Source: an uncultured Planctomycetales bacterium
GTDB lineage: Bacteria; Omnitrophota; Gorgyraeia; Gygaellales; Profunditerraquicolaceae
Assembly: GCA_964603585.1 (NCBI GenBank)
Contig: CAZRVK010000007.1
Coordinates: 45,128-109,127 of the forward strand
Reading direction: 5' to 3'
DNA length: 64,000 nt
The position numbers were made by a program, and so were the translations under genes. Below the pieces are notes generated by a model. It made no database searches, had not been told where the DNA came from, and worked only from the letters and a program-made list of their open reading frames with translations. This document shows, one piece after another, positions 10,777 to 21,027 of the stretch (position 1 is its first letter; the number at the start of each line of letters is the position of its first letter).

Positions 10777-11998
10777 TCAGGAATGCTTTTTTTGTGTTTA
10801 CCAGATTATCCTCAATAATTATCCAGTTATCAAAAGTGATGAACCCGGTAGAATATTGCGCCTGGGCAATCTGGGAACGTTCTTGTGTAGCAACAAGTTG
10901 TTTTTTTTGGACCTCCACATTATCAATCGCATCCTGAAGCAGTGCCCAACTCTGTTCTAAGGTTAAAATAATACCGTCTTTAATGCTTCTTTCATCTTCC
11001 TTGAGTTGGTTTAAATAGGCCTTGGCCTTGGAAACCTGCGCAACCCTCAAGCCGCCTTCAAATATAGGCATAGATAAAGTAAGCCCGAGATTCCATTGAT
11101 CGTCTTTCGGCTCCCAATGACTGCCGGATTTGTTAGCACCGGCATTACCGGAAAGTGTAGGCGAAAAATCGGCATAAGCCGACCTTAAGCTGAACTCTGC
11201 AGAATTCTTTTTGGCAATCGCTTGCCGTAACGAAGGATTGTTAGTAGAGAGAGCTTCGAAATCGGGCTTTTCTTTTACGGAATCCCTGACCTCGAAATCA
11301 CCTTTTACCAGAAGAGGAGAAAATTGCACCCGCCCCATTTCCTTAATAAGCGCGCGTTGAGCAACCTCAACACTCCTTTTAGCCTGTGAAATCTGGTATT
11401 TTGCATCTGCCAAGTCTGCTTCCGCCGTCAAAAGAGCACCTTTATGCTCAAGGCCAGAGGCATAACGCAAGCTTATTAATTCAAGATTGCTTCTACGGAT
11501 ATCATAAATATCATTCGTAATATTGAGCAGTTCCTGCGCCTTCAACAGATCAATGTATGCACTGCGCAATTTATACCGCACAGTCACCGATGTATATTTA
11601 AAATTCTGTTTCGAGGCATTTATATTCTCCGAAGCTGCTTTCACATCCTGGATCGTCTTAGTCCCGTCGAATATCAGCTGTGTGCCCGTAACACCATAAC
11701 CATACGAGTCATTTGTAGAACTGCCGGAGGTTTTAGAACTCGTGGAACTTCCACTGTCTGACCTGCTGGTCGAAGCCGTAAGGTTTGCATCGACCTGGGG
11801 GAAAAGTGCGCTTGATGTGATCCGCTTGCTGGCTTCAGACTGTTTGATTTTTTCCTGGGAAGAGATCAGATCCGGGTGATTTTTTGCTGCTTCCTTAATG
11901 CAATCCTGCCATGTCAGCACCTCTTCGGCAAATACGGAATGATTAAAAATAAACAAAAGGTAGAAGACTATATAGTGGGCTTTAAGGTATTTAAGCAC
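10703..11998 (-). CDS. TolC-like outer membrane efflux factor
   Basis: 431 aa, signal peptide, two tandem repeats with coiled-coil alpha-helical and beta-strand segments typical of the OMF family. Confidence 0.7.
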   Translation of the reverse strand: MLKYLKAHYIVFYLLFIFNHSVFAEEVLTWQDCIKEAAKNHPDLISSQEKIKQSEASKRITSSALFPQVDANLTASTSRSDSGSSTSSKTSGSSTNDSYGYGVTGTQLIFDGTKTIQDVKAASENINASKQNFKYTSVTVRYKLRSAYIDLLKAQELLNITNDIYDIRRSNLELISLRYASGLEHKGALLTAEADLADAKYQISQAKRSVEVAQRALIKEMGRVQFSPLLVKGDFEVRDSVKEKPDFEALSTNNPSLRQAIAKKNSAEFSLRSAYADFSPTLSGNAGANKSGSHWEPKDDQWNLGLTLSMPIFEGGLRVAQVSKAKAYLNQLKEDERSIKDGIILTLEQSWALLQDAIDNVEVQKKQLVATQERSQIAQAQYSTGFITFDNWIIIEDNLVNTKKAFLNAQASALLAEANWIQAKGETLEYD

Positions 11999-12043
11999 GT
12001 TTTATTTTAATAACTCATCCTGCAGGCCAAATGGCATGCGAAT

Positions 12044-12355
12044 TTATTTGGAAACCGCTTTTTTTAAATTTGTCACATGTTCTTCAAAGAACTTAAGGAA
12101 CTTACTAAACTCATCCTCGGGGATAATACTAAGCATCTTATCCTGATGAGGCGGGCCGGAGATAATGATCACATTGTCCCCCGGATGAATATTCATAACC
12201 TTCCTTGCCTCCGAGGGAATAACAATCTGCCCCTTTGTTCCTACCGGGACTTTACCGTAAAACTTCGGGGAACGGTTCATCTTATGTTTCCTCCTGAATT
12301 CATTTTTTACAAGTTTTACCTTAGTATAACTTGTATGAAATGTATTACCAATCAT
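12044..12355 (-). CDS. AbrB/SpoVT (MazE-like) swapped-hairpin DNA-binding protein
   Basis: KGQIVIPSEARKVMNIHPGDNVIII matches the AbrB-N looped-hinge helix fold; real start probably MNRSPKFYG (~12280). Confidence 0.5.
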   Translation of the reverse strand: MIGNTFHTSYTKVKLVKNEFRRKHKMNRSPKFYGKVPVGTKGQIVIPSEARKVMNIHPGDNVIIISGPPHQDKMLSIIPEDEFSKFLKFFEEHVTNLKKAVSK

Positions 12356-12520
12356 TCAGGATATCACAGTTAAGTATAGTTGTCAATAGCCTTGTTTACC
12401 GGCCGTTGACGATAACCCGTTCTATCTATTTTGACAAAATCCGGTTTAAAAAAGTTCCCGTTCCTATCGTTTTTTATGGAATGAATATCCGTGAAAGGTT
12501 TTACACATGGCCAGGGGATA

Positions 12521-13657
12521 TTACTTACTTCCTTGAGTTTTGGGAAGTGTAAAAATGAATTTACTGCCGCATCCGGGCTGGCTTTCGACCCAAATCCTGC
12601 CCCCCAGGAGCTCGATTATATCCTTAGCAATAGGCAATCCTAATCCAGTGCCCTCCTGCCGCTCACCATGGATACGTTCAAACTTATCGAAAATTCTCTC
12701 TAAATCATCTTTTGATATCCCCAGCCCGTTATCAGAAACCTGAAAGCTGGCTTCGGTCTCGCTTTGGCTCAAACCAATAACAATGTTTCCTCCCGAAGGG
12801 GTGTACTTGATAGCATTGTTCAAAAGATTAATGACCACCTCACTAAGCCGGTCACGATCACTATAAACCAAAAGACTTTTCGAGGGCATATCCCAGGTTA
12901 AAACCAGGTTTTTCTTAGCAATCTCGATTTCATACATAGAAAGTATTTCATTTACCAACGCCTTAAGGTCAAACTGTTCTGTTTTTACCTGCATCTTGCC
13001 GGACTCGATCTGGGAAAGGTCCAAAAGGTCAGTTACCAGCCGGTTCATCCGCTCGACAATCATCTTGCCTTTTCCTAAAAGCTCTTTTTGTTTTGGATTG
13101 ATCGGCCCAGCCGTACCATCATAAACAAGTATTAAAGATTCCTGGATAATTGCAAGAGGGCTCTTAAACTCATGAGAGACGTTGGCGACAAATGCGGATT
13201 TACGCTTATCAATTTCTTTTAGCTTTTCATTGGCTTCCTGCAGGCCATGAAAAAGCCGCCGGTTTTCAATCGATAACCGCTGCTTTTCCAATGCCCGGTT
13301 GATTACCACCAGGACCGCATCCATCTCGACCGGTTTGGTAATATAAGAATATGCTCCGCGGTTTACTGCTTCAATAGATGAGTCCAATGATGCGTAAGCA
13401 GTTGAAATGATCACTATCGTATCCTCATTTATCCTCCTGATCTCTTCGAGCAGATCTAACCCGCTGGCATCGGGAAGACGGATATCGATGACTGCTATAT
13501 TGAAAAATTTGCGTTGAGCCAAAGAAATAGCTTCAGCTGAACCTGTTGCTTCTTCGATATTGAATCCTTTAAGCTTTAATATCCTTGAAAAAGTCTTGCG
13601 GATGTTTACGTCGTCATCAACAATCAAAATATTGACTATCTCTTCTGCCATAAGCAT
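12521..13657 (-). CDS. hybrid response-regulator receiver / histidine kinase
   Basis: N-terminal REC (DDDVNIR...D...lPDASG...K) then HisKA H-box (SHEFKSPL) and HATPase_c N, G1, G2 boxes. Confidence 0.8.
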   Translation of the reverse strand: MLMAEEIVNILIVDDDVNIRKTFSRILKLKGFNIEEATGSAEAISLAQRKFFNIAVIDIRLPDASGLDLLEEIRRINEDTIVIISTAYASLDSSIEAVNRGAYSYITKPVEMDAVLVVINRALEKQRLSIENRRLFHGLQEANEKLKEIDKRKSAFVANVSHEFKSPLAIIQESLILVYDGTAGPINPKQKELLGKGKMIVERMNRLVTDLLDLSQIESGKMQVKTEQFDLKALVNEILSMYEIEIAKKNLVLTWDMPSKSLLVYSDRDRLSEVVINLLNNAIKYTPSGGNIVIGLSQSETEASFQVSDNGLGISKDDLERIFDKFERIHGERQEGTGLGLPIAKDIIELLGGRIWVESQPGCGSKFIFTLPKTQGSK

Positions 13658-13670
13658 CCCACCTTAACTC

Positions 13671-14408
13671 TTAATGCGGTTTTTTGGTAGATATCTCTTC
13701 GATTATTCTTATCACAGAATTCATGTCGAATGGTTTATATAAACAAGAATAAACCCCGTTTTTTATCCCCTCCTGGATCAACTCCTCTGCATCCTGGCGA
13801 TACCCGGTCATCATCACTACTACAGCTTTAGGATTTATCTTTTTTATCTCTAAATAGGTTTCCAGACCATTAAGGACAGGTAATTTTACATCGATAAAAT
13901 ATATATCATAAGACCTGTCTTTGGCGCAGGAAATAATCTCTTCTCCTGACAAACAGGTAGTAACACTATAACCTTTACCCTCAAGGGTGGATTTCATCGT
14001 TTTACAGATATTCGGGTCATCATCGACTATCGCTAATAAAGCGCCTGTTTTGGACCTTTCGATCATATTGATTACCGAATTCACCTCAAAAGGTTTGCGG
14101 ACCACCGCATATACCCCTTCTTTCATGGCATCCTGGATCAAGGTATCCACAGAAAAAGCGGTCATCAATATCACACAAAGCCCCGGCCTGATCGTTTTTA
14201 TCTTCTTATAAGTCTCAACTCCATTCATCACCGGCATTTTAATATCCATCAGTACAACATCAAATTCCTGCTGCTGCACAAGATCCAGCGCACCAAACCC
14301 ATCCTTTTGGCTTAAAACCGCATACCCTTTAGCCGAAAGAATCTTTGTAAGAGTATTCCCAAAGTTCACATCATCATCCACGACTAAGATCTTAATTTGC
14401 TCTGCCAT
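13671..14408 (-). CDS. tandem-receiver (REC-REC) response regulator without output domain
   Basis: Two complete REC domains (VVDDD...DIKMP...K; IVDDDPNICK...DVKLP...K); start set at MAEQIKILVVDDD. Confidence 0.75.
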   Translation of the reverse strand: MAEQIKILVVDDDVNFGNTLTKILSAKGYAVLSQKDGFGALDLVQQQEFDVVLMDIKMPVMNGVETYKKIKTIRPGLCVILMTAFSVDTLIQDAMKEGVYAVVRKPFEVNSVINMIERSKTGALLAIVDDDPNICKTMKSTLEGKGYSVTTCLSGEEIISCAKDRSYDIYFIDVKLPVLNGLETYLEIKKINPKAVVVMMTGYRQDAEELIQEGIKNGVYSCLYKPFDMNSVIRIIEEISTKKPH

Positions 14409-14409
14409 T

Positions 14410-16437
14410 TTACACTCTCCCGATAGGTAATTTAACAGTAAAAGTCGTGCCCCGGCCGTATTCACTTTCGACCGCAATCATTCCAGAATGCCCCTCAACT
14501 AAGGACAAGCACACAGAAAGGCCCAACCCTGTCCCCTTGATCTTGGTTGAAAAAAGCGGATCGAATATTTTTGTTAAATCCTCGCTTTTGATACCACAAC
14601 CGGTATCATTGAAAGAAAGCTCGATAAAACCATCCCTTGCGGCACTTGTGATCTTTAATTTTCCCCCATCATTCATCGATTGTATAGCATTCATCGCCAT
14701 ATTATAAATCACCTGCTGTAATTGTAAAGCATCTACCATGATTTGTGGTAAAGCGCCATCCAATTCAGTAATCATCTCGACATTTGAAGGCACTTTGATT
14801 CTGGACAAAGTTTCTTTTACAATAAGATTAATATCCTCCATCCTAAGATTCGGAGCCTTTACCCTGGCGAACTCTAAAAGGTCGGTAATGATCTTATCTG
14901 AATTGACTATCTCTTGAGAAAGAATATCCAGGTTTTCCCTGATCTCAAGATTATCCCTGCCTAATTCCAGCATATTGAAATAGTAGACAACATTCTTCAT
15001 CACCCCCAAAGGATTTCTTAATTCATGAGCGACACTCGAAGCCAACTGCCCCAAAGCGGATAATCTTTCAACACGGATCAACTTTTCCTGGGCCTCTTTT
15101 AATTCTTTGGACTGGCGGTTTAAATCCTCAACCATATAAAGCATAGCCGTCTGGCTTTTACTTAAATCCCTGTATTTTTCCTGTAGTTCCTGGGTCCTTT
15201 CTTCCACTATCCGCTCCAAATTATTATTCGTAAACTCCAATTGCTGCGTCCTCTCCTTGACCTTTTTTTCCAATTCCTGGGTATAGTTAGCGATCCTTTG
15301 CTGCGAATCCCGAAGCTGCGAGAGCATCGTTTGAAAAGAATACGCCAACACACCGATCTCATCCTGCGATTTGACCTCTATTTTATCATCCAGGTATCCA
15401 TTGCTGATACGTTCAGCGATCCGGGCAAATTCCAGTATTGGCCGGGTCAAAAATCCTGTAGCCAGGACTATTCCAATACAACTAAAGATGAAGATCATCA
15501 GACTGGCGATCGTGATCTTTATCAACAAATTTACCACTTTACCAAAATTCTCATCTTCATCGATCTTTACGACAAAACCCGCGTCCAGTATCGGCATATG
15601 TTTATAGGCGGATAAAACCTTTTTCCCCCGGTAATCAATCCCCAGCATAATGCCTTTTTCCCCTTCTAAACCTAATTTCAACGGCTGTGATCTCTGGGGA
15701 TTAATGGGGATCCTTAACTTAAACGCGGCATCCTTTAAATTACGCAAAGGATTAATAACCAGCATGTCAGCACCCGCCCTCTGGGCTAAAACCATCTCGC
15801 CAGTCCGGCCTAATCCTTCATAATCACTTAAAATCCTCATTAAATCACGTAAATTTATAGTTACTTTGAAGACCCCAACCACTTCTTTTTCTGATTTAAA
15901 AGGATCATAGGTCGGTACCAAGACATCCACTAAAAACTGGCCATCCCTCATAAAAACATTACTCACATAAAAACCGGATTTGCCTTTTGCCAATAACTTT
16001 TGGTCGGATATACGCGTGCCTATAACAACAGGATTAGTAGAGATCAGGATATCTCCGTTTAAATCCATAACATCAATGGTTTCAAAAACGGTATACGCCT
16101 CTTTCGCATCCTTTAATGTCTGAAATGCCTCTTTTCTGGCAATTTCAATATCCCCGGATTTCTCAATTATTTTGACTAAATATCCCCGCGGCAGACGGCG
16201 CGATGACAATTGATATACACCTTGAATATAACTATCCAAAAGATCATTAAAATGTAATTGTTTGGCATTTATAAATGCAGTTAAATTCTCAAAAGTCTGC
16301 GCTTCTAATATTTTCTTCCCTTCCAGGAAATTGATCATACTTATAACGGTAATAGTCAATGAGAATAGGATAATAACCGCCAGAATAAGCTTTGTCCGGA
16401 TAGAAAATACTGGATTTGATCTTATTGTACCATGCAT
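14410..16437 (-). CDS. sensor histidine kinase with Cache-like periplasmic domain, HAMP, coiled coil
   Basis: TM-periplasmic domain-TM, HAMP, long coiled-coil, H-box AHELRNPL, HATPase_c (NAIQS...DTGCGI...GTGLGL). Confidence 0.8.
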   Translation of the reverse strand: MHGTIRSNPVFSIRTKLILAVIILFSLTITVISMINFLEGKKILEAQTFENLTAFINAKQLHFNDLLDSYIQGVYQLSSRRLPRGYLVKIIEKSGDIEIARKEAFQTLKDAKEAYTVFETIDVMDLNGDILISTNPVVIGTRISDQKLLAKGKSGFYVSNVFMRDGQFLVDVLVPTYDPFKSEKEVVGVFKVTINLRDLMRILSDYEGLGRTGEMVLAQRAGADMLVINPLRNLKDAAFKLRIPINPQRSQPLKLGLEGEKGIMLGIDYRGKKVLSAYKHMPILDAGFVVKIDEDENFGKVVNLLIKITIASLMIFIFSCIGIVLATGFLTRPILEFARIAERISNGYLDDKIEVKSQDEIGVLAYSFQTMLSQLRDSQQRIANYTQELEKKVKERTQQLEFTNNNLERIVEERTQELQEKYRDLSKSQTAMLYMVEDLNRQSKELKEAQEKLIRVERLSALGQLASSVAHELRNPLGVMKNVVYYFNMLELGRDNLEIRENLDILSQEIVNSDKIITDLLEFARVKAPNLRMEDINLIVKETLSRIKVPSNVEMITELDGALPQIMVDALQLQQVIYNMAMNAIQSMNDGGKLKITSAARDGFIELSFNDTGCGIKSEDLTKIFDPLFSTKIKGTGLGLSVCLSLVEGHSGMIAVESEYGRGTTFTVKLPIGRV

Positions 16438-16441
16438 ATAA

Positions 16442-17248
16442 TTAGGACTTTGTCTGCGTTTTTTCCGCTTTTAGCTTATCCAGCTCATCAATTAACTCAT
16501 GAATCCTGAATTCACGCTCCACAGTTGCTTTACGAAAACGTTCTAATTCAGCGATCTTTGCCTTTAAGGCTTCGGTATTATCCTGTATCTCTTTTTGTAA
16601 ATGAATATGCTCATTCAGCAAAGATTCCTCCATGGCCTTACGTACCGAAATATCTTCGACTTGGATAATAAGATATAAAGGGGTTTTCTCCTGTCCGTAA
16701 ACAACAGAAGCATTGACTAATACCCAAACAGAACCTCCATTTTTACGTATATATCGCTTTTCCAGATTATAATACGAACTTTCGCCTCTAAGCATCTTTT
16801 GCATATAATCAAGATTAACCGACAGGTCCTCCGGATGGGTAATTTCCTGAAATGTCTTACCCAATAACTGGCTTTGGGAATAGCCCAATATCTCGCATAA
16901 TGCACTGTTTACCCTCTTAAAATGCCCATCCAAGGAAATAATGGCCATCCCAACCGAAGAACCTTCGAAAGCTTCACGAAAACTCTCTTCATCTTTATTT
17001 AAATCTTCCAAAAGGATGGCGTTCTTCATCCCTGTGCGTATGAACATATAATAGGATATAAGAATTACTGCGAAAGTGACAAATATAACCGTGATGCCGT
17101 GGGATTGCCATATAGTAATTTCGGGAATGATAAAATGTTTTAGGAGTTCAAAAACAATCATCACTCCCATTATCATAGAACCCACAAATAAAAGCGGAAG
17201 GAATATTTTTAGAGAATGTATCTTTTGAGGAAGGATTTTAGATCGCAT
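16442..17248 (-). CDS. membrane-anchored PAS-domain protein with C-terminal coiled coil
   Basis: 2 TM helices then PAS S-box-like segment (GMAIISLDGHFKRVNSALCEILGYSQSQLLGKTFQEITHPEDL), no kinase domain. Confidence 0.6.
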   Translation of the reverse strand: MRSKILPQKIHSLKIFLPLLFVGSMIMGVMIVFELLKHFIIPEITIWQSHGITVIFVTFAVILISYYMFIRTGMKNAILLEDLNKDEESFREAFEGSSVGMAIISLDGHFKRVNSALCEILGYSQSQLLGKTFQEITHPEDLSVNLDYMQKMLRGESSYYNLEKRYIRKNGGSVWVLVNASVVYGQEKTPLYLIIQVEDISVRKAMEESLLNEHIHLQKEIQDNTEALKAKIAELERFRKATVEREFRIHELIDELDKLKAEKTQTKS

Positions 17249-17411
17249 GATTAAACATATTAATGAATTCCGATTAATTTGTCAATATAATACGCTGACA
17301 AAGCGATTTTATTCTCGCCTCTTGCTCTTGTCGCCTGCCTTGATCATTCATTATATCTCATTTGCAAAAGAGGCATATAGCTAAAACACGCTTTTATCTA
17401 TCTTAAATCCA

Positions 17412-17452
17412 CTAAATCAAAAAAGGCAGTTCTTTATACTCGAACTGCCTTT
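17412..17452 (-). terminator. rho-independent terminator
   Basis: 11 bp stem aaaggcagttc/gaactgccttt followed on the minus strand by TTTTTT, 30 nt downstream of the gene ending at 17480. Confidence 0.55.
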
Positions 17453-17479
17453 ATCTACTATAAGTCATTTTAATATTTC

Positions 17480-17725
17480 TTACTGCCACCTAAAATGTAA
17501 ATATATCCTGCCCCAGCCTTTTTCGGTCTTTTCAAGGCGAGAATACTGACTGCGGACTTCTTTTTTGTTTAAAAAGTTCAGTATGCGTTTTTTAACTCCT
17601 TCGGCAGCTTGACCATAAGCAATCTCCAGGATCTTAGCATGCTTGTCATGCGCTTCCTTAATAATTTCAGAGATCTTTTCCTCCATATCAGGGATTACCG
17701 GATAAACATTCAATTTCAACTTCAC
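17480..17725 (-). CDS. small Smr-domain-like protein
   Basis: 81 aa; weak resemblance to Smr (LEIAYGQ...GVKKRILNFL); tentative. Confidence 0.3.
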   Translation of the reverse strand: MKLKLNVYPVIPDMEEKISEIIKEAHDKHAKILEIAYGQAAEGVKKRILNFLNKKEVRSQYSRLEKTEKGWGRIYLHFRWQ

Positions 17726-18573
17726 TGTACCCTGCTTCCTGATTGGCCCGCAAGATCAAGATCGCCATCTTTAAATCTTATCAATTCCATAACCACATAC
17801 GGAGAATTTAACCCACTCTCCAACCCCTCATACTTTATCCATACATAAGGCTTGGCGGCAGTAAACCAAACATAGGTTTTAGGCAAAAATGGTTTTAGAG
17901 CCAGGTTCAAGACCCCCAAATCCGGGGTTAGATCCATCCGATAACATTCAAAACTTCCTGCCGGTACTGTTACCATTTCTTTCTTTACCGCCCGAGAAGA
18001 AATCTTATATAAACTGGCCTGTGACGATAAAATATAAAACTCGAATGTTTCCCGGCTTTCAAAATCATAACCGCGCAATACCGCTACCAGGATATCCGCA
18101 GGGAAAACAGGCCGTTTGGAGGAAAATATGGTTTTCTCCTCTGGCAACTCCCCGGATACGGATTGCTTTACAGTGATCTGCCCTTTTGCCGGATCGAAAA
18201 ATTTACTTTTACGCCATAGTTCCCGGCCATTGTCCGACTTGGCGATACGGGTTATCTCCATAAATAAAGGCGGGTTCTCTATGGCAAAAAAAGCCTCCAT
18301 CTCCCAGGAGATAGCATCCGGGCTGTTATTATAGTTACCAAAACCTTTCTCTGCCATCCGCACAACAGCCTGGTTGTCTTTTGTCATACGCTCCATATTA
18401 AGATCCGCCTGCCAAATGACCTTACCTGTTCTCTTTAAGAGTGTGCGGTAAGACCATTCTTCGTGTTTAGCGACCCAAGATACAGACAGGTCCTTAGAAA
18501 AAGCAGTTATTGGTAAAAGGAAAATGAATAGTGCTAAAACCAGCTTTTTACTCATAATTACTTTATCTTCCAT
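17722..18573 (-). CDS. secreted hypothetical protein
   Basis: 283 aa with signal peptide, no recognised motif. Confidence 0.3.
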   Translation of the reverse strand: MEDKVIMSKKLVLALFIFLLPITAFSKDLSVSWVAKHEEWSYRTLLKRTGKVIWQADLNMERMTKDNQAVVRMAEKGFGNYNNSPDAISWEMEAFFAIENPPLFMEITRIAKSDNGRELWRKSKFFDPAKGQITVKQSVSGELPEEKTIFSSKRPVFPADILVAVLRGYDFESRETFEFYILSSQASLYKISSRAVKKEMVTVPAGSFECYRMDLTPDLGVLNLALKPFLPKTYVWFTAAKPYVWIKYEGLESGLNSPYVVMELIRFKDGDLDLAGQSGSRVQ

Positions 18574-19139
18574 TCGTAGCTACCGCTGGCTTCATTTAAA
18601 GTTTCTATCGGAGCACCTGCTGGAGCATCACCGGACAAACGCTTGGCATAAAGCCTCTGCACCGAATCCAGGGAGGTTTTGTTTTTTTCGGCGATCGAAT
18701 TATAAATAATCATCCGGTCATTATTCTCTTCCTGAATAAGTTTCTGGGTAGAAGCAGTTAACCGTGAAGGATCCCGCGCTTCGACCAACCCCATCCTGTT
18801 CTCACCGATCACGCCACTTCCTTCTAAGGAATATAATTCATTGATCCGGTCCTTGCGCCGTAAAGCAGCACGTTCGACCTCCGGACTTAAACCTTCTTGA
18901 GCATAAACATCTTTTATAAACAATCCAAGCAAGCTTTGTTTATCCAAAACATCCGGCTTATCTTGTTTCGGGCCAGAAACGATATTTTCAATGGCATCAA
19001 TATCGCTTTTAACATGCTGATAAATATCCAGACGCATGGCAATATCCACTTTGATCGGCTCTTTAGATCCTTGTACGCTTACCCGGGCACAACCAAAACA
19101 TAGAACAACCGCAATAAATATAATCGCTAAGCTCTTCAT
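18558..19139 (-). CDS. lipoprotein, fused YnbE-like (N) and YdbL/DUF1318-like (C) domains
   Basis: Lipobox FGCA; N-terminal EPIKVDIAMRLDIYQHV resembles YnbE family; C-terminal GVIGENRMGLVEAR...DRMIIYNSIAEKN resembles YdbL. Confidence 0.5.
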   Translation of the reverse strand: MKSLAIIFIAVVLCFGCARVSVQGSKEPIKVDIAMRLDIYQHVKSDIDAIENIVSGPKQDKPDVLDKQSLLGLFIKDVYAQEGLSPEVERAALRRKDRINELYSLEGSGVIGENRMGLVEARDPSRLTASTQKLIQEENNDRMIIYNSIAEKNKTSLDSVQRLYAKRLSGDAPAGAPIETLNEASGSYEWKIK

Positions 19140-20308
19140 TGTTCCCCCTTTCCTAAATTAAAATCGTGGATCACTACGCTTAATTGGCGTTTACCCTCGT
19201 GGCCATCGAGATTGGTTGCCAGAACAATATTCCCGTCCTCAAAACCTACCTGTATCACTGCGTTATTATAATGGTAATTCTTAAAACTTTCTACTAATAA
19301 ATCTATTGGCTGGTTTGAACTGCGGGCCATATTCTCTAAGAAACTCGTATCTACGATAACCAGCGTACCCCCTGGCTGAAGGGTAGAAAAACCGCCATTA
19401 AGTATTTCCAGCTTTGCGCCATTACCCTGGAATGTTAACTGCCCGGTTAATCTGCCGGTCATATTAAACTTATCCTGCAAATTGAGATCACGGACTAACC
19501 TTTCAATATTCAGCCCCAGGCATTGCAAACTGACCCAGTAATATGGGATATTATCCGCCTTCAGTTTTAGATCCGCCTGAATATTTCCGTCCAAAAGCAG
19601 TGCCGAAACCTTCGCCAAGGACAATGTTTTATCCTCTACCTTTAACTTGCCTTTTATTTCATCAAGATTAATCTTGTCATATTTTATATTCTTAACAGTA
19701 AAATCGCCCGATTCGGATCCCAGCGGCAGTTTTATTAAAGCATCTTTTAATTCTACGCCCAGCATCGTGAAATTATCGATTTTAAGGTCAAGATAATCCA
19801 GAGACTGTGCAAAAATATTCACCCTTGCGGAAAGATCCATCTTCGCCTTAAGATCCTCTGTATTTAGATCCAATCCCAGGCTTGAGAACTCGATCCTCCC
19901 CAAGGGCATGCCCCCACCTTGTTTCAAACTAAGATACCTGGTAAAATCAGCAATGCCTTGTTTAGGGGTATTGACATGGATCCACGGGCCTTTTAAATGC
20001 ACTTTCAGCGGATAAGGCTTAAATATCGAGAAAATATCCCATTGGATAACCGCCGCTTTAACTTTAATCTCATAAACCCCGGGCCTTTTGATCGCGATAT
20101 CATTCAAACTAAGTTGACGATGCGGTAGGAGGCTTGTCCCGCCAACAGACACTTGTGACTGGACAAAGACATTGCGCAATTGACCAATAGCAATATTTCT
20201 AATAATTGAATTCGCAGAAATAATTACCGCCAATAAAATAATGGGAACAACACACAGAATAATAAGGCGCCTATTCTTTTTGGGATGATTTGGCATAGCC
20301 AGGATCAT
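19136..20308 (-). CDS. YdbH/AsmA-like membrane-anchored protein (short form)
   Basis: N-terminal TM anchor, beta-rich repetitive body; call driven mainly by synteny with the YnbE-YdbL gene. Confidence 0.35.
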   Translation of the reverse strand: MILAMPNHPKKNRRLIILCVVPIILLAVIISANSIIRNIAIGQLRNVFVQSQVSVGGTSLLPHRQLSLNDIAIKRPGVYEIKVKAAVIQWDIFSIFKPYPLKVHLKGPWIHVNTPKQGIADFTRYLSLKQGGGMPLGRIEFSSLGLDLNTEDLKAKMDLSARVNIFAQSLDYLDLKIDNFTMLGVELKDALIKLPLGSESGDFTVKNIKYDKINLDEIKGKLKVEDKTLSLAKVSALLLDGNIQADLKLKADNIPYYWVSLQCLGLNIERLVRDLNLQDKFNMTGRLTGQLTFQGNGAKLEILNGGFSTLQPGGTLVIVDTSFLENMARSSNQPIDLLVESFKNYHYNNAVIQVGFEDGNIVLATNLDGHEGKRQLSVVIHDFNLGKGEQ

Positions 20309-20312
20309 TTGT

Positions 20313-20798
20313 TTAAGGGATATTCGCGGAAGGCATTTTTACACAAATAGTGTATTCTTTTTTTAAGGCTTTACATTCGGTAAATTCATTGCAAATATAG
20401 CAGCATTCGTTCTTGTCTCCTCCTTGCTTGATACAGGCTTGACATACTGTCTCCGGGACATTGCTTAACTTTATGCAATAATTACATACCGGGGCCGAAT
20501 CGCTTCCCCATACAAACTTGGAGGTAGCACATTTTGAAAAAAAACTAGGTAATGACGACCAGCACTTTCGAGGTTCCCAGCGGGCCGTAAATACCTCATA
20601 ACCGTCAGGGCAAGATTCCATCCCATACACGGTAACAAAAGCAGTGCGGCCAAGGGTTATTTCATTTGCCTCCAGCTTATTATATGAACCAAACGGAGAG
20701 GGATAATAAGTAGTGATAGTAATTGTTTCTCCTGCGGCAAAACAAAGCGGATTAAAGATCAACTGAATGGCAATTAATATGCCTGCGGTTTTAAGCAT
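20313..20798 (-). CDS. secreted cysteine-rich hypothetical protein
   Basis: 161 aa, signal peptide, 14 Cys clustered in the C-terminal half (CNYC, CQAC, ECCYIC). Confidence 0.35.
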   Translation of the reverse strand: MLKTAGILIAIQLIFNPLCFAAGETITITTYYPSPFGSYNKLEANEITLGRTAFVTVYGMESCPDGYEVFTARWEPRKCWSSLPSFFSKCATSKFVWGSDSAPVCNYCIKLSNVPETVCQACIKQGGDKNECCYICNEFTECKALKKEYTICVKMPSANIP

Positions 20799-20876
20799 TA
20801 GTCTTATTTCCCCTTTGGCCTACAAAAATGATTATACCACCCCTAAAAAGAAATAGCAACACAATGAACAAAATAG

Positions 20877-21012
20877 CCAGAATAAAGGGGACGTTTCTAT
20901 TTTTCCTTTCATCCAGAATAAAGGGGACGTTTCTATTTTTCCTTTCATCCAGCTTCGCTGAAAAATAGAAACGTCCCCTTTATTTGGAAAAATAGAAACG
21001 TCCCCTTTATTT
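20877..21012. repeat. 2 direct + 2 inverted copies of a ~25-36 bp unit (AATAAAGGGGACGTTTCTATTTTT core)
   Basis: 36 bp unit at 20877-20913 and 20914-20950; reverse-complement copies at 20961-20985 and 20986-21012; lies between rubredoxin stop and the 20798 gene start. Confidence 0.85.
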
Positions 21013-21027
21013 GCCTTTTTATTTCAC

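Noticed and set aside
5505-17339. 13-mer ctcgcctcttgct shared between 5505-5517 and 17327-17339
   Set aside because: Dozens of chance 13-mer matches are expected in 64 kb on two strands; no extended similarity around it.
20877-21012. CRISPR array?
   Set aside because: Only two direct copies with no unique spacers between them, followed by inverted copies. This is a palindromic repeat cluster, not repeat-spacer architecture, and no cas genes are nearby.
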